Origin: Trichosphaerium sp. ATCC 40318
Lineage: Eukaryota > Protista > Tubulinea
Direction of reading: 5' to 3'
Length of the DNA: 64,000 bases
Assembly (NCBI GenBank): GCA_038496445.1
Contig: JALMLS010000204.1
Location: 62,001-126,000 of the forward strand
In this document: in pieces, positions 52,958 through 64,000 of the stretch
Layout: every line of letters starts with the position of its first letter
How positions within the stretch are numbered: the first letter of the stretch is position 1
Made by a program: the position numbers and the translations under genes
Notes under the pieces: generated by a model
Database searches by the model: none
Told to the model about the DNA's origin: nothing
The model's input: the letters and a program-made list of their open reading frames with translations, nothing else

Positions 52958-53428
52958 GTCTGCTATTAATACACGTGATAAATTGTACTTTTTTCGAAGT
53001 TAACCATGAAACAGTCTTTTACTTTTTTGTTCAAAGAAGTCATTCTTGTCCTACCACAAGTAACAATTATGATTGTTCATACGCAAAAGTATACTAAATA
53101 TCGTAATCTCCATGATTCACATAAATAGTAAACACGTGATACTAACACTGTGTAAGTTACACAAAAAAACAACATTCAAGGTATTGCACTAGTTACAGGT
53201 TAATTTAAGCGCTTAATTTGTTGTTAGTGAGCAACAGACAAGTTGCACAAAATAAAATCAGACTCCTTTTTTTTTGTGTAAAAATTTTTTTACACGCTGT
53301 ACATTCTTTTACAATTTTCTTTTGTACAAAAAAAAGTTTAGCATCGTGCTTTCAAGGGTTCAGTCAATCCGTTAATGACCGGTTTATGACCCTAAATACG
53401 CTGCCAAACACACACTAAACACTTGGTA

Positions 53429-56400
53429 CTAACTAGTAAACATAGCACCATCACGCCATGTTGAAGCACTACTACTGCCTTCATTTGAAGGTTGCTGATA
53501 AGAAAAAGCTTGAGTCAAACATTGTGTCAACTCTTTTAAACCATCCTCTCCTTGTAAAACCATTTGTAGTATCTCTATACCACTATCAGAATCTTCAAGT
53601 AGTTTTTCACAGTTTGATAATAACCAATCAAGACAGTATTTTTTTAGACCATCAGAGTTGTAAGCGCTAGCCAATTGAAAAATCTTTAACACCTGAAGAA
53701 AAAATAAGAAAGAAGAAAAAAATTTGAAAGTAAGGAGGTTCGCTTGTGCTTCTCGTACCGTTTCCTTAGTGATGGCTTTAGATAAGTAATCCTCTGCATG
53801 ACGTTTTATTTTCTCAAGCTGGTATCTATCAGCAGCCATAAGTAGATTAACAGCCTCGTCTCTTGACTGAATTTTGATGCCATTTGTATGTAAAAATTCC
53901 ATGAGTTTATAAAAGATCTCGTATTCAATATCTTGCACTGGAATCTCATGATCACGTGATTCTCTCATTCCGGTTAAAAACAGTTTTTTAAAGTATTCTG
54001 AACGAGCAACAAGAATAAATTTAGATGCGTATATGCTCTTCCCTTCAACAATGAACTTGACGTCTGACACCTTTTTTTACAATAAATAAAATAACTTTCA
54101 GGTTTCATTTACGGCGTACCTCTGGTTTATTAAACCATGATTTATATTCATCATTAATATGTGGTATTACTTGATTTGACAGGTTAGACATTGGAGACAT
54201 ATCTAATAGTGTAAATCAGCAAGGTTTGAAGAACACAAAAAACCATTGTCCGCATTATTGTGGATATTTATCCTTACCAACCATAAGGCAGTGTACTGAT
54301 TTTAAAGCCTTAACAAAATGGTCTGGTTCTTTTAAAAGGTCCATGAGGTATTGAATGCCTAAAATAAAGAGAAAAATTAACAAAACCTAAGGTACATTCC
54401 ATGTAAGCATTACCTTTCTTCTCAATAAACACAAAATATTTTTCTGCTTTAGAACTCTCTAAAATCAAGCATTAACAACTAACGTTCTATTTCTTTCTTA
54501 TAACATACTCTTCGTAAGATAGGGTAATGTAAGCGCAGCATTAACACGTAAGTTTTCATCTCTCATGTCCAAACAACAAGCAATCTGACGAACTTAACCG
54601 TGAATGTTAGTTGGACTGTTTTATATTTTAAACGAATAACTCACCTGCTTTCTCTAGACGTTCTAGAATATCTGTAGCTCTGCTACTAATAGTCTCATGC
54701 ATCATAGATTGTAGTGAAAATAATGTAGGTACTGCACCAGCTTTAACAAGCTCGAAAACAAAATAACCTGGACACCGTTCTAAAGAAAAAAATATGAGCT
54801 AATAAAAGAGCAATGTTAGTCTGTTACCATATTTACTGCAGCTGTTGAGTATTCCTGTCGCAAACTCAAGTATAGGTGACTTCTTTGTCTCTAAAGCTTG
54901 TATAATGTACGAAAGTCCAAGCTGCGCTACAAGGCCACAATACTTATCTAAAACAACGAATTAATAACCTGTAAGATTTTGAGCTTATTGAAAAATGACG
55001 TACTTATCACTGTAACGTTGTAAATCCCACGTAAAGCACGTTGTATTATTTTATCATTATCAGATCGTAGCAACATTAAAAATCGTAGTAGACCTCCATG
55101 TTCAACAATCAACTCCGCACATCTCGCTGTAAAAGACATTTAAAAAAAATGATCAAAAAAAAAAGTTCAAACTTACAGAAACAAGCAAGATTTGCGACAG
55201 AAGCAGCTGCATAAACGACTTGTTGGTCCATATCAGAGTTTAATAATTGTAACAGCCTAAGAAATAATAAATAAACTATGCAGCACAACCAAAAACACGT
55301 GCCTAGGCAAGGCACCACGATCCAAGTAAAAATTACAATTTTGCTCTAAAAACCAGGTAAGAAAGAAACAGGAGCGATAAGAACAAAAAAAAAAAGAACA
55401 AGTGTGATGTGACACGCTATAAAATAGCGAACCAAAAAAAAAAAAAAAACTGTACCGTGAAATAACATGTATAATAAAACACCACTAGCAGCACGGACAA
55501 CATCAGGGTTATCAGAATATAACCTAGATATTAACGGTGGCATTACACCCTCAGCTGTCATTTCATCTATTTTACCATCAAGTGCGCCTTCATTGCCTAT
55601 GTTTTAATTTGTGAAACTAAAGTACTTGGCAAAAGTCGTACCACTTCCGTAAAGACCATGTAATAATAAGTTTAGCGAGTTAGCAACAGTGATTACAATC
55701 TCTTCGCTAGGAGACTTTAACAGTGTTACTAATACAGGTAATACATCTCCTTCGACAATAGTAGATGCATGTGCCTCTTTAAAGAGAAAGTAAGAAAACT
55801 GTCGTAATAATAAAAACAAGGTTCTATCAAAGAAAGAACTTCCAAAAAAAAACCCAAGATAACGCCGAAAAATTAGTACCATCTTTAGCAAGCTTTCCAA
55901 GACATTGAGCCGCTTCTAGTACAACTTCATTGTTTGTAGAACGTAAGTGTAATGTAAGAAGCTGTAATCCACCACTTTTTATGATTGCTTCGCGTGTGAG
56001 TGCTGTTGGGAAGTGAGTTTAACAAATTAGGGTCAAATTGGAAATAAAAAATAAAAAAAGCAGTTTCTTTAAGTTGTACACCTTCCAAACGAACTAAAAA
56101 CTCTTTGTAAAATTATTGTCGAGGTCTATAAGTCGCTGGTATGGCTTTGTTAGGTATTTTAGGGTTTTTCTTTTAAAGACAAACCGAGATTATACTATTG
56201 GTGGTATAACGTTTTAGGCGTTTGCGTACGTGTTTTACAGATAGTATTGAGTGTTATGAGTGTAACGTGATTTAGTTCAGAGTTTGAAGCCCGTAATTGT
56301 GATAATACAAGTGGCAGCGCGTCGTGAGTAGCAAAGAACTCCAGTATTTTATCTTATGTGGTTTAGTTTGTTGTTTGTAAAAACGTTGCGTTTTGGTGAA

Positions 56401-56741
56401 GTATTAAACGCATTTATAGTATTATAGCGTACCGCTGGCTTGTTTGCAAAGCTGGTTGATATTTTGTAGCGCTTCGAGCTTAGCAGTAACACTGGCGTTC
56501 TCTAGTGTTAGTATATTATCCAAAAGACCTACAATGAACATTACTGGGCATTTATTTGCATGAATTGCAGTTTTAATTATTTGTCACCGTAGGAGTACGT
56601 ACTTGTGTTCAGGCGTGACTCATTTTGTCTCCTCATATTGTAGTCAGTTGCTGGTGGATCAACATCCTCATCCATTGCGCTAGGCGGTTGCGATTCGGCA
56701 CCGCAATGCTCCGCCACGCCACGGGACTTCGTTGTGTTCAT
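53429..56741 (-). CDS. Armadillo-repeat + C-terminal BTB/POZ protein (ARIA/ABAP1-like architecture), multi-exon
   Basis: ARM repeats (EGVMPPLISRL, EHGGLLRFLMLLRS); BTB SDVKFIVEGKSIYASKFILVARSEYFKKLF; start approximate. Confidence 0.8.
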
Positions 56742-56821
56742 TAAAAAGTGGTTGTAAGTGTCACTTGTGGTTGCCGACTTAACACATCCCTGTAGAGTCG
56801 CTAAGTCGTTAAACAATCGCC

Positions 56822-58857
56822 ATGCTACGGCGTGTGACTTGCTTTAGATCTAATAGCGCCGTAAAGAGAGGTATGTTCAGGTTTAAATTGTACCGAGGTT
56901 TTGTTGATTCCTGTAGGTGCTACAACTAATGTACGACGCGCCAAACGTGCGTATGCTAAAGCAGCACCTACAACATGTACGCAATACACTAAATTGCTTC
57001 TATTTACCCTCATAAAGATAAACATGCGCTCTATGCGATGGGTAGAGGCGATATGTATCAACTAGGCAATGAAGTTCAAATGGCGCAAACACACAAGCTT
57101 GAAAAAGTGTCAATGTGTGCGTATTGTTACAACTCTACCTCCTTGACATATACACCATTCTTAACTTAAAACACAGCCAACATAGAATCTGAACATCGAT
57201 TTATAAGCTTAAGCATAGCGTACCAACATGGTCTAGTGGTGACTCGTGCGTTTGTGACATTCTAAACAACACCACTCTAACAGATGCGTTTAGGTGATTT
57301 CAATATGTATGGATGGGGATCAAACAACCACGATCAAATAGGCAAGCTGCAAAGTATGTAGGTTATCAACGAACTAACTTGAGTTCACAGGGTTGCCTGA
57401 GATGCAATCTCTTCACGTGCCATATCCTACGAGATCCAGCATGTTAAAGGCAAGGGGAATAGAGCCACTTCGTGCACTTTGTGGAAGAAATCATACACTT
57501 GTTCTTGGGCGTAAGTTGCATAGTTTATCACGTGATTTTTTGTTTCAAACTTTTTTTTCCTTTTGTGCCTGTTCGGTTTGTTCACGTGAAAAAAACATAC
57601 CTCATAGTGTTTTATGTAACTTTATTGACAATAACACGTGGTACTTAGGTTATGGTGATTTATTCTCCTTTGGTAACACTGCTTTTGGACAACTTGGTAT
57701 TGGTATGTCACAGCACTGAGTACTGATTTTATGATTCTTATGAAGCCTTTTATCAATGCAGACAAACTTCAGAAAGAAGCTATTAATCGTGCGGAGAAGG
57801 TATTAATAGATGAACCTGTTATTGATTGTGATGTGGCACTAGATCATAATATTGCTCTTGGAGGTTAATTAAGAATATTTATTCATGTTTGTCATATTTA
57901 ACTTGTTTTGCAGCATCTGGTAAAGTTTACACTTGGGGTGTTAACTTTGAACAGAATCTGGGTCGTCATGTTGTTGACAAATGGGACGCAAAGCCAGGTG
58001 TGGTTAAGATTGGAAACGGAGATGATAAGGTAGTAAAAGTCAGAGTAGGCTATGATTCATCAGCTGTGATAACAGGTGACAAAGAAATAAGAATATCTCT
58101 CGTACCCTTTTCTTATATACTTATTAGAAAGTGGTGCCATGTGGGCATGGGGTATGGGCATGTTTTATAATTTGGGTAACAGTTATCGCGAGATACAAGA
58201 AATACCAGATAAAGTACGAGAATTGAGCCATAAAGTTATCAAAATTATTTTCAAAAAAAGTTGATTTTCTTTTACAGGTTGTTATCCCTGGTGAGCAACT
58301 TGTCGATGTTGGTTTCGGCGGAAGGCATGGTATTGGATTTACAAAATCAGGGAATGTGTATACTTGGGGAGATTGGGAAAACGGCAGATTAGGTTCAAAC
58401 ATTGCTCTTTCTCCTTTATCTTTGTGTTAATTTTGTATCAACAGGTCATGGAGATGATCATGCAGAGCCTGAACCAAGACTTGTAGAAGCACTAGAAGAT
58501 ATGGGTGTTGTAAAAGTTGTTGCTGGAGGTGCAAACAACTATGCTTTAACAAGTACGTCATAAACATCTGAATACATTCAAAAAAGAACAAAACAAAATA
58601 CGTTTGTTAACAATAATTGTAGAAAATGGTGAACTTTATGGTTGGGGAGATGCTGAAAGAGGTCAACAAGGTGCTGGATTTTATGACAGAGCACTACCAA
58701 CACGAATAAATGAAACAAGAGGTAGGAGAAAAGAACATCTTAATTTCACCCAAAAAAAAAAACAAATTATTTCTGACCATCTTTAGGAATGCGTGTACTT
58801 GATGTAGCTTGTTGTCAAGATACCGTACTTATTGCAGTTTACGAACCAGTATATTAG
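56822..58857 (+). CDS. RCC1-repeat protein with mitochondrial-type presequence (RCC1L-like), multi-exon
   Basis: MLRRVTCFRSN start; repeats LFSFGNTAFGQLG, VYTWGDWENGRLG, LYGWGDAERGQQG. Confidence 0.8.
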
Positions 58858-59312
58858 GGTTTTCTGTAACAATACACAATAGTCCGAACACCGTCCAAAG
58901 AAAGAGCTAATGCTTTTTTTTCAATACTGTCCTCATTTATAGGACCTCTCTCTTCTGAATGTTTATTACTTCTACGACAAGCTATCACCGGCTTTATCAT
59001 TTTTCAGTGCTAATAGAGACCTTGTCTTGTAACATACAGTATGTCATGGAAAGAATTTGAACAATACTTGAAATCTTCGTTTAGAATTTAAAGGCTAACA
59101 CTGGAGAGTCGGCAAGCCTGACATCTAACAATGTCACAGTACAAAACAAAACATTACTGTTGTAAACGCGTGTATTTTTAAGTGATGAGTACAAACCCAT
59201 TAGCAAGCACCTCGCACATTACCAACTACTATGTACACAAATATCATTGTTTAATGATTGATTTTGTTATTCATTGTTGAAATTATTGAATTAGCGTCAA
59301 ATTTAATTTAAT

Positions 59313-60418
59313 TTAAACTACCTCAATGAATGTGGCACCTTTTAAAGCGTCGATACCAACATTTGTTACTCTTGACATATCCTCCAGTGAAATAGTATGA
59401 ACACCTGCAAGAGCAGCAATACCTTTATCCGTTACAAAGGGGAGATTGGAGAGTAGTATGGTATGAACACCAGCCAAAGCGATTATAGCATCATCAGTGA
59501 TCTTGGCTTCATGTACCATGGAGAAAATATAGATGGTGTCAACACCTGCAAGTGCTTTTATACCTTCATCTGTTATTGAAGTACCTCCAAGGTATATTGT
59601 GTGAACACCTGAGAGATGTTTAACACCCATGTCTGTTATTTGAGAGCACATGTGAAGACTTATTTCGTGTACACCTGCAAATACTTTAAGGTCTTCATCC
59701 CTAATATTTGTTCTGGTGAAACGAATTGAGTGAGCGCCAGAGAGTGATTGAAAGTCACGTGGATCTTCAAGTCTAATACTTTCAAGATTGACAGTGTGAA
59801 CCCCAGCCAGTGATCTAACACCCTTCCCAGTAATTTGTCGGCAATTGGCAATGTTTATATTATGTACTCCAGCGAGTGCTTCAAGTGTAGAATCTTGTAT
59901 ATATAGCCTATAAAGATTGATTGTGTGCACACCAGCCAAACACTCAATATATCTGTGATTGACGCGTTTAGAAACCCCTGAAAGATCAATATGCTTAACA
60001 CCAGAAAGTTTGAGAAGATGTTTCTCTTGCCGTTTTAAATTGTATACTATCATAGTATATCTCATAACACCTTTATGTTGTGATACCATGTCAACATGCA
60101 AAGGATCTGATATTATGGATTTGACATATCCAACGTTGTTATGAATGATATCTGAGAAGAGACTATTTATTTGAACCATCTTGTATCGAGTATCATCTTG
60201 AGATATTTGGGCAATAAGCGTCAGTAATTCATTAGGAAGGTCCAATAATAATTCGCACGTGTTTGTGATGCTAGTAGAAGGTATTAGGGCTTTATTGTGT
60301 AGTTGTTTATTGTATTTTAAGATTGTTCTTGTATGCTTTCTATTGTAAGCCGGGAAGCTACACGAGAATAATCGTTTACTCAACAATTAATATGAGACTA
60401 AACGCACCAGTACTCCAT
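59313..60418 (-). CDS. F-box + short LRR protein, copy C (short first exon MEYC)
   Basis: LLDLPNELLTLIAQ F-box; ~10 GVHTIxL..ITDxGIxAL repeats; ATG at 60418 splices in frame via a GTGCGT...TAG intron. Confidence 0.8.
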
Positions 60419-60475
60419 CAGGCTAGATTGTAATGTTCGTTGTTTGTAAATCAGTTTTCGAACCTACGTTTGAGC

Positions 60476-60735
60476 CGGACCCACGTTTTTTCCGAATTTT
60501 TCGAAAGAAAAAATTCGAAAAAATAGAATTCGATACAAAAACCGAATGCCTATACCCACCAATGGATCACTATATGTGAGCGAAGGTCGGGTTCTAGTTC
60601 CGAGCACAGCGAGGACCCGACCGTAAGTGAACCAGGCGCTTTCTAGTTTAGTGGACTGCCCTAGCTATGCATCTTTCTACGAATTCTATTTTTTCGAATT
60701 TTTGTTTTCGGAAAATTCGGAAAAAACTATGGCCC
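60476..60735. mobile_element. MITE (~260 bp) with 9-bp TSD, Mutator-like
   Basis: ~50-bp TIR GTTTTTTCCGAATTTT..GAAA..AAAAATTCGAAAAAATAGAATTCG; CGTTTGAGC direct repeat at 60467-60475 and 60736-60744. Confidence 0.8.
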
Positions 60736-61071
60736 CGTTTGAGCGGCTTAGTGCTGTGTGGTTATAACTCAAAGCTTCTATCCGAATACAGTGAACGGAG
60801 AGGAAGCAAGTTGACTTGTTTATTGCGGAATTCTGAGCTATCTTCTGTGCTATTTTGAAAAAGGTTCAGTCACTTTCAATCATTCAACAACTTAACCTCA
60901 TTTCCAGTTCCATTCTCTGCTTTCACCAACGATTCGAGGTACCTGATTGTGTAGGCAGATAAACATACACACGTGAATTTTAGACGTGTACTTTTAACGT
61001 GTGCACGTACCATTACGAAAAAACTACTATTCACAAAGCATCTACAATCACAATATAACAGCATCAATCAA

Positions 61072-61856
61072 ATGACAGCAAAACGCAAGGTTAGTGCATA
61101 CATTGCTTATTACTTTCACATCTTTAACAATAAATCTAGTTGAATTCAGCGCCTGAACTTGATAGTAACAAGCATCATCTACTTAGTCTTCCAATTAGCA
61201 TACACGAAGAAATTGTCTTTACTGCGTATGAATTATATGTAAAGTGGCCTCTTTTATGTAAACGCACAGCAAAGATAACAAGATTTGATGATGACTTGAA
61301 AAAACATGGGAATTGGCAATTCTTAAAATATGGAACTAGATTCATGTTCGAGGAGAATTGGAGACATGGTAAGCTTCATGGAGACTATATTAGTTGGTAT
61401 GAAGGGTCCCAAATTACCCATAAACACTATTTGTACGTAGATGGCAAGCCAGAAGGCCTTTGTAGGGAGTGGTATGACGATCACTTCATTCAATTAAAGT
61501 GGGAAAGGACGTATGTGAATGGGAAACGAGAGGGAGAGTGTAGGTGGTGGTATGAAATTAATGGAAGGCTTTGGCAGTTGTTTAATTATGTTGATGATGA
61601 GAGACATGGTAAATTCGTTGAATGGTATCCCAATGGCAAAATAAAGAGGAAGTGCTTTTATGTTAATGGTATACGCCAAGGACAGTGCAAAGAGTGGTAT
61701 GAGTGTGGCAGAAAGCACTTGGAGTATAATTATGTTAATGATAAGATTAAAGGAAGGGTTAAGGTATGGGAACCAAATGGTTTGTTAAAAGCACTATACG
61801 AAAACGGAAGGAAAATAGATATTTCAAGGAGAAGAAAGAATAAAAGAAGAAGGTAA
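61072..61856 (+). CDS. F-box-like + MORN2 repeat protein, copy C (intron 61090-61139)
   Basis: MTAKRK exon spliced to LNSAPELD; LLSLPISIHEEI, YVKWPLLC, TRFDDDLKKHG; ~6 repeats. Confidence 0.85.
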
Positions 61857-62122
61857 AAAAAAGCACGTGAAATTATCATGCTTTTAATGTATCCATTCAA
61901 AGGCCTACCTACATTCTAATGCAAAATAAACACACTTCAAACCATAGTCTCTCGTAAATAATGAATGAGTAAAGTTTATACGAACCCAACTTGTCGCTAT
62001 TCAATAAATTGTTGACTTGTACAATTTTTAATGTTTTTTTTTTTATTTACTAATACAAACACACTACTTTTAAACTCAGGGTTACCGCAGTATAAACAAA
62101 AACGCTTTACAAGCGTAATTAA

Positions 62123-64000
62123 TTATACGTCATCAGTCAAGTCAGCTAGACCGAGATAAGCCATACGCTTGGCAAATATACGCCTGAATACAGTCTCTGT
62201 GATGACTCTGATATTCTCAGAGTTTACAGCAATAGTTGGGTGAGTTACCACCTTGTTTCTCAATTCCTCATTCTCTATCTTCATTAAGAACTTTGTTGCG
62301 AGGAACTCTATAGCTTCAGCAGGATCACTGAGTTTTCCTTTAAAGTCAGGGTAACGCTAATAAAAAATAAGAAGATATTCACAGATGAAACAAGAACAAA
62401 AATGGGTGAAAAAGAGGAAAAAGATGCTTTGGTGTTTGTGTTTGTTAGTGCGTTGACGTTACCTCTTTGAATATCTTTACATTCTCCTCATCTTCAAGCT
62501 TGTTACAAAATATGTCTGTTTTGTTCAAAAACAAAATCCAGTTACTACATACAGTAAGAATAATACGAACGGAGAAATTATAAAATAAAGATAAAATTAA
62601 TAAACTGATTTTAATATTCAGCGATACTCCAAAAATATTTTTTCTGCTACTAAACGTACCCCATATCTTCGCCGTATGTATTGACGAGCCCAGCCCAGGT
62701 ATCCAAAGAAGTTTCCAATCTAGTTTGCTTCTTACTACTCTCAACGTACCTGTCAATAGTATTGAACTCATTTATGGCGGCTACGAAGATGACAGCGCTT
62801 ATATTTTCTGTCAAGATACGTTCCCTGTTTGAAGAAAAATCAACAAAAACCGTTAATATCTCACTTTACTTACCACTTGCGACGTTCAACAGGTTGACCA
62901 CCAGCGTCAATAACCTCCCAGAAGAGTTTTTTACGCTTAAAGCGAGCCCTAATACATGTCAGACGCCAAAACAACGCTTTGAACAAAAAAAAAAGTAAAA
63001 AGAATAAAAAAAGCCGTAATTACCTTGTAATACCAAGAGTACGTTGTTTGCAGTTTAGGATATCTTCATCTGATGGCTGGTAATCCATAGAGAGTACTTC
63101 ATCACCTTTTTCAACAAACTTATGAAGAGTTGGTATTTCCTCGTGTGCGCCTGGTTGCATGCAAATCTGTTTAAATTGTTTGTCTTGTAGTAACTCAATC
63201 GCAGCTGTCAATAACTCTTGCTTCTCATCAACACCCTCTGAATCTGGTGTATCACGAACTCTAAAAAAGAGGTTTAGCTGATTGGACTGGTTTTGGTTTT
63301 TTTTTTGTTGGTTCGGAATAAAAATCGTAATAACAAGAGCGTAAAGGTAGTGATAACGTGTTGGGCAGTTTGTTGGGCAAAAGGACCAGAAAGATGCTTT
63401 GGCAAAATAGGAGTTCTTTCTATCGAATTTGCCAGTACAGAAAATGGAATATCGATGTATGCGGAAGTGTTGGAGCTTCTTGCCCGGAAGTGGTACATAA
63501 CGCCCAAAAATGGAGGTACACATAGGAGTAGTCAAATTATTGTACCTGAAGCCGCGAAACAACTTGTGGGCGTCGGTTTCCTTTTTACTTTCATAATTTT
63601 GCAGTAAATCGTCAAAGGCTATAGCATGAAAGGTTAATGGGTTATAAAAGTACTTAAAACTCGAAGTGATTGAGCCGAAAAGCAAAAAAAAGTTTGTAGC
63701 GCAATTGCTTGCCTGTGTACATATTCCGCCATATGATCTCCCTGAAATTAAGTATCTCGTCTTGCGAAAAAGCTCGTTGACCACTCTTTGGGTTATGCAA
63801 AAGACGCAATTGTTGGGTTACTGTTGATTTACCACTTCCACCAATACCTATCGTTTTATTAAAAGGATAAATTAGATGTGGATTAGTTTACCGAGCATAA
63901 CAATACGCATTGTCTTGTCCTCAACATTAGGTGAAGAAAAGCAAATGCCCATGATGATGTGCTATTGGTTCTTTCTGACGCTAGTTTTTTTTTGTCCAGA
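62123..64000 (-). CDS. Heterotrimeric G-protein alpha subunit, divergent; 5' end at or beyond window edge
   Basis: RIVML-GIGGSGKST, DYQPSDEDILNCKQRTLGI, DAGGQPVERRKW, LFLNKTDIF, HPTIAVNSENIR. Confidence 0.85.

Overview
AT-rich, gene-dense nuclear DNA of a microbial eukaryote, with the standard genetic code, many ~40-60 nt GT-AG introns (donors typically GTACGT/GTAAGT) and TTAGGG-type repeats. About 25 genes are readable, including RAD54B, an LPCAT, TSET sigma subunit TSPOON, a RhoGAP, ATG16, an arylsulfatase, an ARM-BTB protein, RCC1L, a divergent G-alpha and a bacterial-type MdaB. Two structures stand out. (1) An essentially gene-free 5.8-kb palindrome (19665-25483): two near-identical inverted arms (1754 and 1574 bp) carrying tRNA-Gly genes and relics enclose a 2.5-kb AT-rich, CpG-eroded core with telomere-type repeats and decayed transposon ends. 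CpG depletion starts at the tRNAs, which resembles inverted-repeat centromeres or an invertible, tRNA-insulated heterochromatin island. (2) A recurrent head-to-head pair of an F-box + short-LRR gene and an F-box + MORN2-type repeat gene, present three times plus a pseudogene and relics, with variable repeat surfaces and signs of cassette gain/loss. Two MITEs are also present. Boundaries of intron-rich genes were read by eye and are approximate; all family assignments are from motif recognition, not database searches.
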